A DNA stretch of 64,000 nt, from NCBI RefSeq assembly GCF_001194135.2, contig NC_069000.1, positions 1,000,667 through 1,064,666 on the forward strand, written 5' to 3'. Positions 13,115 to 26,739 of the stretch are shown here, piece by piece. The notes under the pieces were generated by a model. The model ran no database searches and had not been told where the DNA came from. It saw only the letters and a list, made by a program, of their open reading frames with translations. Origin of the DNA: Octopus bimaculoides. Lineage: Eukaryota. A program made the position numbers and the translations under genes. Every line of letters begins with the position of its first letter. Positions within the stretch are counted from its first letter, which is position 1.

Positions 13115-16100
13115 TATCCTGAATTTTAATGCTCCTTTGTGTGTGTGTGTGTGTGTGTGTGCATCTCAAGTTTGGTTGAATTATAGTTGACAGCAGAGAC
13201 ACAGATGCATTGGTGAAATGAGTGGGGAGCTAGAAATGGCATGTTAGATAATTTCTGACTCTGTTCTACAGAAGTAATAAGACGGAAAACATCAACAGCG
13301 GAATAAAGAGAGCTCAAACAATCTTTCCAATGTGTTCACACTCACACACACACAAAGTTGTCACTGTAATGTCACATTCTACAACCGAATGCCGTCTAAC
13401 TGACGCCAACATACTGTCTACTCTACCACATGGAGCATACAGTGAAATACCTTATGTCGCTAAGATAATTAAAAACCCACGTCACCAACAGTGGCCTAAA
13501 TATTCTCACCTTGAAACCATTTTAAATATCTTTTAAATTCTGTAAACTTTCATTCTAAAGTCAGGGTATCAAAATCATTTCACCAACTTCAATGGTTGGT
13601 CCTGTGTATGTTACATAATACAGGGAAACATGTTTCGGGCGAGAGCCGTTACAAAATTATATAGTCAATGAGAAGTAACAATGGTGGAAGCAGTTTATTC
13701 ACAACACCCAAAACTGCAAAACCTCTTTGCAGTTCCGCTAAAAACATATGGACATACACACACGCAGACGCGGGCGCACTTGCAAAAAATACTTAGGCTC
13801 AGTTTAGGGGACCACCTTCTAGCCAAAGGTATCATAGGCATAGCTGCATAATTTAGTTTTCCTAATGCACAACGCGTATCCTTTCCCCTCAAATTCTGAA
13901 CTTCAGACTTTGTTAGAACACGCTAAGGTTCTTATCCGTTATTTGTAAGAAATAACACGGGAAAGTCATAAGCTTTTATTAACTTTATAACATGTTCCGG
14001 ATTTCGGGAATAAGTCATTTTTAATCCCGCAATCCGTGGATAAGCAAAATGTCTGTAAAACTATAATACCTACTGACTTGTAACTTAGGAATTCTATTAC
14101 GACAAAGGCACACAGCATACCCACTCTGAACCTTTGATAATGACATACAGAGCTCGGCTTAGACTGAGCTATGATATGAGTAGATTTGCTTGTTCATACC
14201 TGAATGTACACATACCCTTCGGGGAGGGGGGATGTAGGTATCACAGATCCAAGAGAAACTACTCTTCCTGTCAATGCTGTTGTTATACTCTAGCTTACAG
14301 GATATGTACCCATGCTTTGCTTTTTGTTGGCGCGATGCCTGCTTCTCCTCCGAGATTGTGTTTACGTAGGCCAGTTCAGCCTCCTTTGAGTCACATGAGA
14401 CAGTTGTATCCTCAGAGTACCGGCACAGGAGTCCTTCTCCAACTCTGAAGATGTTGTTGCTCTCACTTTTGAATATGCACGAAATGTTCAGCAGATGTTG
14501 TGTGAGTGATACAATGCAACATTCGAAGGCTGTCTGAACTGACCTCATGCCGTTGGTGCTAGGACTGGCATTGCGAAAGTAGCGAAATATGATCTCGTTT
14601 AAAAAAAAAAAGGCAGATAGCTCTGAGATCCATGTTTTTGGAAATCTACAGAAGTGTGTGTGTGTGTGTGTGTGTGTGTGGTCTAGAGTTAGACGTTTGA
14701 AGTTCTTATATAACCTAAGTATCGACACTCGTCTCGGTGTTATATAGCTTAATAAATGATTTCTCTTCCCACGTCCTCCCTCACCACACATTCGAAGATA
14801 GTGTCACGAAACTATTAAGCTTTTATCTCTGACGGTGTCTATAAACTCCAGGCCACGCCCAGCCCTACGGCTTCTATAAAACTTTCAAAAGGTTGAAAGA
14901 ATGCTGTTGCACTTTTAATGTTTTAGCCGTGCATGGGACAGGCTTGGAATGTGTCATCGATGCGTGTTACGTAACAGAGACATGTCAGGGCAAGGATTTG
15001 TGCTAAGTCACAGCACGTGCTGTTATGTAAGCCTCGTCTCAGTCTTATATAACTTAGTAAACGGTTTCTCTTCCAGGGTTCCTACTAAACCTTTTCGTGG
15101 ACCTTCCTTCTCAGAACGTCGTCTCTATAAAAATCTTCTACCTGCTCATGTTGTTGTTGTTGTTGTTGTTGTTGTTTAACTCCACTTCCAACAACGAACA
15201 TCTCGACTGGAGATTATATAACCAGTGTGTCTGTTCTCCTTTTTGAGACGGAAGGAGATTTGACTGCTGTTTCTAGCCTGTCGAGCGATCAGATATAGGG
15301 TCCTTCGTTGGCTTGTCTCATCTAGCCGTGTTTTCTTTTTCTCTCTCTCCACATCTAATTGTTTTGCCATACCAACACAAGTCTCCGCCCCCTCACTTTC
15401 TTTCCTCATAACTTAAAAAATATGGATATTTTTTTTTATGAAATTTTCAAATGGTGTAGATTATGCTTAAATCGGAATTTAATACGAAAGGGGGAAAAAA
15501 AAGGTGGGCTCGCATGTATATTTATTGACACACATCACAATGTTTTTCGAAATTTCAAGTTTCATTTTGTGATATGCGTCAGAAAGTAAGTGTGCGAGTC
15601 CACCATTTTTTTTTTTGTATTAAATTGATATAATTGTAATATACTCCATTTTAAAGTTATTTATAGAAAATATTAAAAAATATCCATCTTTCAAAAAAGT
15701 TATGAGGAAACAAAGTCGGGTGTGCCGTTGTTTTAAGGGACCTAAATTGAACCAGTGGGGTGTAGGGTCTGTACTCGAAGGCCACTTTCGTGTGGTCGCT
15801 GAACTCAAAGGAGAGACACCCCAATGCGGCTGGCCACACAGAGGAGCCAACCCACTACGTCAGTCTCCCTAGTCCGTGAGGTTCAGCGGAGACCCTAAAT
15901 TCAGTCTTTTTTTTTTCCCCCTCAGATCAAACCGCCAAAGAAAAAAGAAAAGAAGAAAAGCTAAAATTCCTTGTAAGAAAAATCAAAAAAGAACTCTTCT
16001 CATTGTTTTTTTTCCTTTTCCCATCGACATCTAAAAATTTCTAAACTTCACAAAAAATATATTTTGCTAACGTAGACCATCATTATCACATTATCCAGAG

Positions 16101-17194
16101 TCTGTTGATGTTTAGATGGCATGGGTCTGCACTAAATCAACAGACCAATGATGAAAGCCATATGCCCAAGGTGCCATGCAGTGGAACTGAACTAGGAAGC
16201 ATGTGGTTGGGAAGCAAACTTATTATCACACCCGTACCTACAAAGAATTATGCAAGTCTGAGATCTTTTTTGTGCTTTTTGTCATGTTGATGAGTTCACA
16301 GGAATTATTTTCCATGGGAGATTTACAACTGAAGGTTATTGATGGTGGTGGTGGGGGATCTTAATGTTAATCACAAATTGGTCAGTTCTGGAATATAGGC
16401 CAAGGCCTAATGTTAGAATTGAAGACTAACCAGTCTTGTTGATTGGTGTGTGTGTGTGTGTGTGACAAGTGCTAGCCAGGTATTTGTACGGCTCTTATTC
16501 AACTCTCCTCTCCAACAACCTTCACTTCTCTCAGAAATATTTGTCCATGTACATTATTATTATTATTATTTCTTATTTATCAGATCTTTTATTCACTTTC
16601 TTTCCTGATATGCTTAATGCTTCAGTAAACCTCTTTCTATGTTAAGCATCCAACTCTTTCATGGCCATATTCTTAATGTTGGTGTGTTTGTAATAAATTC
16701 TGGAAAGAATTTGTTTGCATTTAGTAAAAAGATCCACATTTCTTTCTCGGTTTTAAGCAGATGTTTGTGCCATGTATTAGCCTCAAGGACCTCAAATACC
16801 TTCAATCAGAGAGGGTTTTCTCGCAAAGAATCAGAGGTAGTTTTAGGTGGGATTGCACAAAAAGAGGGTAAGCATGTGCTGGGACCCTAAAACAAACCCA
16901 GCAATTATTTCTTTGCCTCCCTCTCAATCTATTTAAGTAATATTCAATACTTTACACCTGTTCAACTCCACCACCACCACCAACAGTTGACCACTACCTT
17001 ATCCTGGATCCATCCCCCCCCCGTCCTTGTACATGTCCCTCCCCCTCTCCTCTTCTCTCTCCTTAACTCTTTAATCTTTCTGCCACTTTAATCAACGTGT
17101 TCGAAATTCTTGTCGCACCTGTTACGCTGACTTCTCTGCTCCTTGTTATTTGTATTAATGTCTTTGGTTTTAAATCTCCCACAAATTTCCATAT

Positions 17195-17372
17195 TCACAC
17201 CCACACGCACACACATGATGGGCTTCCTTCAGTTTCTGTCTGCTAGATCCATTCACAAGGCTTTGGTCAGCCTGGGGCTATAGCAGAAGACACTTGCCCA
17301 ATGTGCTGCACATTGGGGCTGAACCCAAGACCACATGTTTGAGAAGCAAACTTCATAACCACACAGCCACCC
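17195..17372 (-). mobile_element. Family-2 SINE
   Basis: gggcttccttcagtttctgtc...acaaggctttggtcagcctggggctatagcagaagacacttgccc...accacacagcc. Confidence 0.8.
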
Positions 17373-18027
17373 AAAATTCAGATTTAGGATTTGAGGTCAG
17401 AATATTGGTGCATGAAACTGGCTATTGTTGGGCCTTTCCTTCATCGTTTGACCATTCCTGTCACCCATCACTGCTTCCATCAACACAGCAGAATGCCGAC
17501 CCCTTGGCAATAAGATTCTTTGATTAGGAAGATGGATAATAAAACAGAATTGGAAACAAAGTTCTCTGTCTCTTTATTTTTCTAATTGAATAAAGAAGAG
17601 AAAAGAATTGCTATTTTTGCTAGAAATCTTTAATTACTGTTGCACTAATTAAGGTTCTAATTACAACTGTATTTAATTTGGGACACTGACTGACGTAGCA
17701 ACTGAATTTCTGATTCGAAAATCCCTGTCATTAACTGTTGACAAGTTCCTCCACATCTTCCTCCCACTCTCTCAGAGCTGCACCATCCACTTCACCCCAC
17801 CCTACCACTACTTGGTGACCACCTCCACTCCACCTCTCCACTCCCCTCCTTTGACTTTGCTGAAACAAAAATACCAAATTGACCAGACTTAATGCTACGT
17901 TCCACTCTTCCTCGGTGTCTTATACATACACATACATAGCTGTATGTGTATGTGATGTGTGTGTGTGTGTATGCATGTATTTGTGTGTGCATGTGTCTAT
18001 GCATGTATGTGTGTGCACATTTGTGTG

Positions 18028-18068
<41 letters not shown>

Positions 18069-19169
18069 TAGATGTAGTTTTCCAAAGTCACCCCCCTCCT
18101 ATCAAAATAAAAACAACCAATCAGCAAACTCAGACTTATTTGCTGCTGTATTGATAGGAAAGGAAGTGGTGGAGGAGGGAAATAATTATTTGTGTTTAAT
18201 TGTTCCTAATTGTTTAGTGTAATTAATTGCCTTATTAGGTTGTATTTCATGTGGGTGGGGGTGGGAGTGAGGATCACTCAGTACAGTCTGAATCTTCATT
18301 GCAAGAAACCAGGATCACCCTAGCAACAGTGAACCAGGCAAGCTACTTAAACTTTTACAGTACCATCCCACTCCTGAGAGTGTTCCGGGTCCTGTGATAC
18401 CAATCTCCTACTTTAAAGTGATCTAAATTAAACCATTTCAATAAAATTCCACATTAGATTATGTCCCAGGCACCAGTTTAATAATGACAGTTGTTTCAAT
18501 AAAATTCTTCATTATTCCCAAACTGAAATAAAACAAAGGCAGAGTCTTTCAATGGAAGTCTGCTGACAAAAGAATTAAACAAGGAAGCATCACCTGGTGC
18601 CGTTGTTTAGCTGCAGTTCTCTGTTCTTCACTGAATGGAATTAGGATCAAAAGTATTCCAACCATGGCTATCCCATTATTTTAGAAATATCTTGGATTTC
18701 CTAATTTAACATGGTGCAGGTTTGATTTGAATGAGATTTGGCTGCTATTTCTAGCAAGTTGTGTGAGACTGTAGAGATACTATCAATGGCATTCCAGCCA
18801 TGACCATCCCATCTTTTAGAGGTGTCCAGACAGCATAAACTGTTTCCCTTCTTTTCTTTAAACTTGGCTGCTATTTCTAACAGATATATAGAAGGAGTAA
18901 CTGCAATGGTTTGTAGTACAATGTATATATGGTTGAAGCCTGTGAGTGGTGGTGGTGGTGGTGGTGTGTATGATAATAGGAGAAGGTCATCATCATAATA
19001 GGAAAACTAAGAAAGGAGTGGCAAGGTTGGATCTTAGGATGTTGGACCCAGTCTGTTTAGAGGAGAAGTATTATATTCTTACAGCAAAATTAATTTATTC
19101 TGCTTTGTGCATTTTCTAACCCTAACCTCTGTCTTTTATGATCTGCCATTGCATGTCTTAGGCAAGTGA

Positions 19170-19340
19170 GACACAAGTGAGATGTGGGTTACTATGAAGA
19201 GGACAGAGCATTGATTGGCTACGGCACAAGGGGCCATGGCAAGATCCATGCTAGGAATCTCATTACCAAAGCATATTCAAAATGAAGCAAATAATTCAAG
19301 AGCAGAACAAAGGCTCAAGACATGCCATGGTTGGAGCCCA
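19170..19340 (+). mobile_element. Small RTE-like LINE C-terminal fragment
   Basis: Reads ..WVTMKRTEH*LATAQGAMARSMLGISLPKHIQNE, resembling the ETW..TQRAMER.MLGISL..HIRNE region of RTE ORFs. Confidence 0.6.
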
Positions 19341-19686
19341 GAATCTGTCCCCTTAATCTTTCAAAAAGGCTTTTATGAGAGTCAAGTTGGGAAGTTGCAG
19401 ACACTTCTTTAACTCTAGATCCACAGATGTTCCTAGTCCTGTTTACAGCTAGAGTGTCATCACAGACTGGATCAAACAGGATTGATATTCAGGCTTTCCA
19501 GCTTCCCAAACTTCTTATCAAATATCTGATCAATCACCACAAACAATCAATCAGTCAACAGATCAGTAGACCTTTGTATTTATTGACCTCTCAAGGGCTT
19601 TCTGAAATTATCTTCCTTACAGCCACTTCTTGATAAGACATTGTACTGAATACCTACTCAATTCAAGCATTAACACAATTATGATG

Positions 19687-19843
19687 AGTGGTTGGCGTTA
19701 GGAAGGGCATCCAGCTGTAGAAACTCTGCCAAATTAGATTGGAGCCTGGTGTTGCCATCCGGTTTCACCAGTCCTCAGTCAAATCGTCCAACCCATGCTA
19801 GCATGGAAAGCGGACGTTAAACGATGATGATGATGATGATGAT
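19687..19843 (+). mobile_element. LINE/SINE 3' tail family ending in (GAT)n
   Basis: gagtggttggcgttaggaagggcatccagctgtagaaactctgcc...aacccatgctagcatggaaagcggacgttaaacgatgatgatg. Antisense copies at 30238-30365, 37780-37925 and 51572-51790. Confidence 0.75.
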
Positions 19844-21278
19844 ATAAACATTATTTGGCGGAGAGAAAAATCATTTTGATTATGACCTTTCATCCAAAGT
19901 GACAGATTGGACATGTGGAGCATTGTCGCATTGAATAAATCACTTCATAAGGGGTTTTGCTTATATAACTGAGCCTCTTATATAAGCTCCTTCTTATCTT
20001 GTTGACACCAATGTTGGAGAATAATATAGAAAGGATTAATCTGCCAAGGTAAATCTATTTTAGGGTTAAAACAAGAAACTGAGGACATTGCTGAATGCTT
20101 TGAATCAGCAAGAATTATGTTGGGGTGGGTGGGGGTGGAGAGGAGATTCTGTTTCTTTAATCAGATGCCCTTCCTGTTGCTGGCTTTCACCAGTTTCCAG
20201 TCAAGATAATATTTCTTGATGGATGGTCATGTTTTCATGGAGAGACAGGGACAATGTTTGTATAACTGTGACATTTGCTTCTATAATTATTGCATGATGT
20301 CAAAACAAGTAGACCTTAGACACCCACACACATACACCCACACGCACGGTGCAGAACCTACACCAATTCACCTTTCTAGTTAAATGTTACAGGGGCAAAC
20401 TTGATGCTAACGGAAAAAAAAAATAATAGTAGTAAAAACCTTAAACACATGATAATGGTGTCTGCATTTAGTTAACTTCACTAATGCTACACCAGGGGCT
20501 GTATGAAACATGAAAGATTTTTCTGTGTAGATGTACACACACACACACACACANNNNNNNNNNNNNNNNNNNNNNNNNNNNNNNNNNNNNNNNNNNNNNN
20601 NNNNNNNNNNNNNNNNNNNNNNNNNNNNNNNNNNNNNNNNNNNNNNNNNNNNNNNNNNNNNNNNNNNNNNNNNNNNNNNNNNNNNNNNNNNNNNNNNNNN
20701 NNNNNNNNNNNNNNNNNNNNNNNNNNNNNNNNNNNNNNNNNNNNNATATATATATATATATATATACTTGCCTAAGATGTCATGCATCCTGAAACCACGT
20801 GGCTGGGTGGCAAACTTAACAATGTACCCGTCACATTGAGATAATTTCTTTTTCTCACACTTTTTAGCCTTTTAAAACTGTTTTCAAAAGAAAGAGAAAA
20901 CATTAAAGAGTTAAAGAGAAAACTTCATCCCAGATTATGAAATCGATCAAAGCCAAAATATTTGACATTGAAATTTCCTTCTTTGAATACACTTTAAAAG
21001 GTTCTCTGTGTGTTTTTCACTTTTAAAGAAAACTCAGCAAAAAATTTCCCACAACTTGCACAGAAATCACATTCTTTTCCCCACCTAATTCCCACGACTT
21101 GTTTTCTGCTTCTTACATCACTTCCCTTTCTCTTTGTCATTTTCAGATCTTTGTTTCTATGTTTACATATTTATTTATTCAAATTCTATAAATTATTGTT
21201 AAAAGAAAGAACAAAGTAGCTTGAGAGATCAGTTATTTTATTAGTAACACCTTTATGATAGATTAATAATAGTTATGT

Positions 21279-21309
<31 letters not shown>

Positions 21310-22307
21310 CTGGTTAGGTGACTAACATAGGATGGGAAAGAAACAATGAGAAGAGAAAGCTTTGTTTTGTTTTTTGTGTGCGTGTTACGTCAGTTGAAGA
21401 GATGAGAATCTTACATTGGCAATGAGAGTTCAGTTGTCTTTGGTTATTTTATTCTCAGGGAGTGGGGAGATTTCCAAACAATTTATATAGAAATGTGAGA
21501 ATAAAAAAAAATAACGAGGGTTATTTTATTACGCAAACACACACGCACACACACATACATATCACATCATCAGCATTTGACATCTGTTCTTCAAGCTGGA
21601 ATGGGTTGGACAGATTGGCAGGTGCTGGTCATCTGATGAACTGCACCAGGCTCCAATTGCCTCAGCCTAACCCACACCCCACCAGTGCTTTCCTCACTCT
21701 CACCTCCCCCACCTCCCAACACCACACCACGCTACACCATACCACACAACACATCATATCACAACACACTACCACGCGCACACCAGCACTGACCAATTCC
21801 CATCCCCACATTTTCACACCTACACATACACACATGCATGCGTCAAGATCACCAACATTTTCTTACACACGCGCACCCTCGTTTTGGGATCACTACCACT
21901 TTGTTATCTCCCCTACTTCTTAACTCTCCTGTGTGAATCATCTGTCCGGCATTCGCCATGATAGATCGCTAACAACGACACACATTTTTTTTCTCGTCTT
22001 GTTTCTTTCTGTGGAAGAGCATAGGCTCAAAACATTAAAGACTTTTTCAATTCCTGAACGTTACACTAATACATCTGTTTGTTTTCTACATCACCTGTCT
22101 TCATCTTTTGTTTTTTTTTTGTTTTTTTTNNNNNNNNNNNNNNNNNNNNNNNNNNNNNNNNNNNNNNNNNNNNNNNNNNNNNNNNNNNNNNNNNNNNNNN
22201 NNNNNNNNNNNNNNNNNNNNNNNNNNNNNNNNNNNNNNNNNNNNNNNNNNNNNNNNNNNNNNNNNATATATATATATATATATATATACATACACATATA
22301 CATACAT

Positions 22308-23775
22308 GTAGCATAGCTGTTCACACACAGGCCTTTCACTCTGAGGGAGAGGCCCTTTGTTACCAGCAAAGGTAGGAGCTCTCTGAACTTTGCCCAGCCT
22401 AATCTTATTCTGACAGCTATGCTCTCAGATCATCCACCTCCACTACTAACTTGATCACCTAGGCGACGGAAGCTATCTACTACCTCTAGCTTATCCACCT
22501 AGCAGTTGATGGAATCTATTTTCTGCACATTTTCAACGTTTACTGTACCTGTGCATCTTCCACACATAAAAGCTATTTCCCCTCTTAACCTTCCTCTGAT
22601 ATTGCTGCACTTTTTATGTGTTCAAAGCTTACACTGGGTGCATCTTACAGAGTTACTACCCACACCTTTTCCACCGATCAAGCAGGGCTGTCTACCTGGA
22701 GGGACTTGTCTGATTTGTCTGCCTTCCTGCTTACTAAGACTTTGCTTTTTGCTAGGTTAACTCTTTCATTCTAGACCTTGCTTCCATACCTGGAACAACT
22801 TCTCTAATTCTGGTAGTGAGTCAGCTATAAGAACAAGGCCATCAGCATAGAGAAGCTCCCAGGGGTAGCCTGTCTTAAATTCCTCTGTTATTGTCTGGAG
22901 GAGTATGATGAACAAGAGGGAGGCTTAGGACCAATCCTTGCTGATCCCTTTCTTGTACCCTGAATTCTTCCCTGTTCTCGTTGCCAATCCTCACCTTACC
23001 GGTAGTGTCTTTATACATGGCTTGTACAGCTCTCACCAGCCACTCATCTATCCCTAGTTTCCACATTGACCATTAGGTAAGAGATCAGAGGACCCTGACA
23101 AAAGCCTTCTCCAAGTCAACAGAAACCAATTTGGTTTAGAGGTTTATCTTTGGCTAGGTATTTCTCCTGCAGCTGCCTCACCAGAAATATAGCATCAGTG
23201 GTGTGTTTCCCTGGCACAAAACCAAACTGCATCTCATCTAGATTAACTCTCTCCCTAATTGGTTGGGCTATGACTCTCTCTGTTACTTTCATCACCTGAT
23301 CCAGCAATTTGATACCTCTGTAATTATTTCTATCTAAGGTATCACCTTTACCTTTGTAGCAGGTGCCTATCATTAGGTATGACTCCTTTGTGAATCACGT
23401 GATTTACAATATGGGTAACTAGGCCATAATGCAGATATTTTAAGCATCTCAACAGTGATTCCCAATTGGCCGGGGGGGGGGGGATTTCCNNNNNNNNNNT
23501 GATTCCCAATTGGCCGGGGGGGGGGGGATTTCCACCTCTTCATGCCCTTAATTGCTTTATCTACCAAGGTACTGTCAATTTGGGTAGCTGGTCACTCAAT
23601 TCGGTTAACATTTAGCAGACTCTCCTCCGTGCATTCATTTTCTACATTCAGCAGTCTTTCATAATGGCATTTCCAAGCCATTTTCTTTGCAGAATCATTA
23701 AACGCAAACACACCATCATCCATGCAGACACATTTCTCCCCTGCGACATCACGGTTTTCTCTCACACACTGTCCT
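22308..23775 (-). mobile_element. Degenerate RTE-clade LINE (reverse transcriptase ORF with frameshifts and stops)
   Basis: Minus-strand peptides: ...WKCHYERLLNVENE, YKGKGDTLDRNNYRGIKLL...QFGFVPGKHTTDAIFLVRQLQEKY, WKLGIDEWLVRAVQAMY, ELLYADGLVL (degraded YADD), GVGSNSVRCTQCK (Cys-rich motif), LSLRVKG. Confidence 0.9.
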
Positions 23776-24482
23776 GCAATCCCGAATAATAACAGCAGCA
23801 GCAGCAGCAATTGTTTTGTTGCCAGAAAGGAGAGATGTCTAGCATTCTGGGAAGAACTCCTTTGTATGTATGTTGGAGGGAGGAAGAGAAGGAGAGAGGT
23901 CATTAGGTGTGTGGCTATGTGAGTAGACAGGGAAGGTATTTATAGAGGTAAGGAGGTATTTTGGATGGAAGACAGGAAAGCAGGAAGGATAGGTTTTGGA
24001 ATTAAGGTGTGGCATTAGTCTACACAAATATGACGATTCTAAGTTAACCCAGAAATATAATAAAATGAAGTAAAAGCAAACATGTGGCACTTTTACACAT
24101 TCCCCGAGCACAATGTCAATATTTCAAAGAATACAAGATTTAATTGAATTATCTTTAATATACATAGCACTGGTTGTTGGAAGAAGGGTGGGTGTCCCCA
24201 CTTGTGTGTGCGTGAGTGCATCACAACAGAAGGTATAAAGTAAAGTTGTCTCTGTTAGGATTTGAACACTGTAAAAAGGACGGGGGGGGGGACAACTAAA
24301 TGCTGGCTGTGAAGAATATTAATTGATTCTCTTTTTTTTGTTTTTGTGTTTCACGTGACCCACGCCATCTTTCTGGGGTGGGGAGAAAAACGGTGCCCAC
24401 CCACACAACGAAGAATGAATTGAACAAATTCAAACTCATTTAAAACTTTTGGCTCTGGCTTCTCCAGCGCATCAACTACGAT

Positions 24483-24503
24483 TTAATAATAATAATAATA
24501 ATA

Positions 24504-24548
<45 letters not shown>

Positions 24549-24575
24549 ATTATTAATATTATTATTATTATTATT
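24483..24575. repeat. (AAT)n switching to (ATT)n trinucleotide tract
   Basis: Seen directly; the polarity switch makes it self-complementary. Confidence 0.9.
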
Positions 24576-24719
24576 TAATCATGAAAATACATTTCCAACT
24601 ACACTTGAATTACACGTATGAAAGCTGCTGCTTCTGCAGCCACTACTACTATTACTACTGCTGTTGCCGCTGCTGTCACGATATTGTTATAGTCGCCATT
24701 ATTTAAATACATTGTAGAG

Positions 24720-25030
24720 GCGCAATGGCCCAGTGGTTAGGGCAGCAGACTCGCGGTTTCGATTGCCTGACCTAGCGTTGTGAGTGTTTATTGAACAAAA
24801 ACACCTAAATCTCCACGAGGCTCCGGCAGGGGGCGGTGACGAACCCTGCTGTACTCTTTCACCACAACTTTCTCTCACTCTTTTTTCCTGTTTCTGTTGT
24901 ACCTGTAATTCAAAGGGGCCAGCCTTGTCACATTTGCTAATTCTTTCCACTTGCACGTTAATTTCGTGAGCAGACTGTTCCAGTCATCGGATCAAATGGA
25001 ACCCTCGTCGTTGTAACCGACGGAATGTCA
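24720..25030 (+). mobile_element. tRNA-derived SINE, family 3
   Basis: tRNA-like head ggcgcaatggcccagtggttagggcagc...ggtttcgattgcc; tail gaaccctcgtcgttgtaaccgacgg shared with 25305-25605. Confidence 0.7.
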
Positions 25031-25304
25031 CGATTTAAATACATTGTTTGCTCCTTGAGAAGTAAAGATTACTGTTTTTGCTTTAGGTGGGGGTAGAACA
25101 TGACGTTCGTTTCACTCCATGACCAGATCTGATGTTCGTTGGAGTTTGTCATAGGAGAACGACAATAATAAACACATCGCTTCCTCCAAACAAATAACAT
25201 ATCTGTCACACATAAAGGCACTTAGAATGTTATTATATAGAGATTAAGGAACATCCACGAGTACTCGTTGCTTCACCGGACACATATGTGTTTAGAATAA
25301 GTGA

Positions 25305-25605
25305 AAGTGCGTGGATCAAGGTCTTCAGCTCTAGATCCTAAGGTCGTGAGTTCGATTCCTGGTGGTTGGCTGTGTCCTTCAGTAAGACGCTTTATTTCAT
25401 GTTATTCCAGTCCACCCAGCTGATAAAAATGAGTTGTACCAGTATTTCAAGGAGCCAGCTTTGTCACGCTAAGTCTTCTTGAAAACTACGTTGAGGGTAC
25501 ATGTGTCTGTGGAGTGCTCAGCCACTTACCCGTTAATTTTATGAGTAAGCTGTTTTGTTGATTCGATCAACTGGGACCCTCATCGTCGTAACCGACGGAG
25601 TGCCA
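25305..25605 (+). mobile_element. tRNA-derived SINE with CORE-like central domain
   Basis: B-box gagttcgattcct; tgtccttcagtaagacgctttatttcatgttattccagtccacccagctg...aaatgagt; tail as in 24720-25030. Confidence 0.7.
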
Positions 25606-26739
25606 GTTTATGTATTTACATGTGTGTGTATATACCTGTAACACACATATTCTCTCCTTTCTGTCGCTCTCTCTCTCTCTCATACACACAGAAATACCTA
25701 TCATATTTCTCTTCCCCCTTATCAATAAAATTCCATAAGTCCACCTATCCCCTCCCTCCCTCCAACCTTCCTCCACTCCCAGATTTTTCGTTAAGCGATA
25801 ATTTTCATGGAATAAAGTTGCTCTACTTTTCAACACCGCCTACACACAACACCCACCAATAAACGAACGAGATTAGTTCCCTTTATGTTCTGAGTTCAAA
25901 TCACGCTTGCGTCGACTGGCTTTCATTCTTTCAAAATTGATGATTACATATTGGGAAATACTGACGTAGATATCATCAACTAATGGCTCCTTACCAAACG
26001 TGTGAACCTGTGTCCCTGTAAGGAAGCACTTTAAACATTACGAATGGTTAAACCCACGTCATTTCCTTGTGAATTCTGGTAGTTAACCGCAGTTTACAAT
26101 CGTCTTGTTGCTGCAGCTAACCTTTAAGTCAGCCGTGACAGTCTAATCACTATATTTAAAAGCATAATCTGTCTGGAAATACATCATAAGATGCATTATT
26201 TTCTTTTTAAAAACAAGTTTGCAATTTTAGATTCAACTGTTATTTTAGCAGATCGAACGGACTAATAGAAGTATTTTGTTCTTCGATATCATAGTATATT
26301 TTCAGGGGAAAGAACTCTACTTTCAATTTGGCTTTTATTAGTGAGTTATTTCCCATAACATAATTAAGGGGAAATAATTAGGATGTAACTTATTGACTAG
26401 CTCCTGGTTGATCAGGATTATGTTGCTTTTGGTTTTATTTCCTTCCTATCTACAGAGAATAGACATCTTTTAAAATTGTTGGTGCAATAAGGCAATAATG
26501 ATTACGCAGCATGCGGCTTGTGAGTGTTGGTTGAATAGGAGACCGATCAAGACAAGTCTTAGAAAGATTCTCAATTTAGAGCATCAACCGAAATAGAGTT
26601 TACTGAAATGTGTTTGTTTTACAAAGTCAGTCGCATAATATGTATCGTAGAAAGTGTTCATACAGTTCACGCACCTCTGTACATGGGTGTGGAGGCTTGT
26701 AGATTATTGGTTGGGGTATGGCACTCATAATAATAATAA

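Noticed and set aside
14159-14791. 210-aa minus-strand ORF with a unique-looking C-terminal half
   Set aside because: Spans a (GT)n tract, has no motif I recognise and no clear exon boundaries. A tBLASTx search would settle it.
23455-23535. Direct duplication of tgattcccaattggccg(G)nATTTCC either side of 10 N
   Set aside because: Typical scaffolding artefact of overlapping contig ends at a homopolymer.
24720-24790. tRNA-like sequences at SINE heads (also 33603, 40893)
   Set aside because: No complete cloverleaf; each continues into SINE body sequence.
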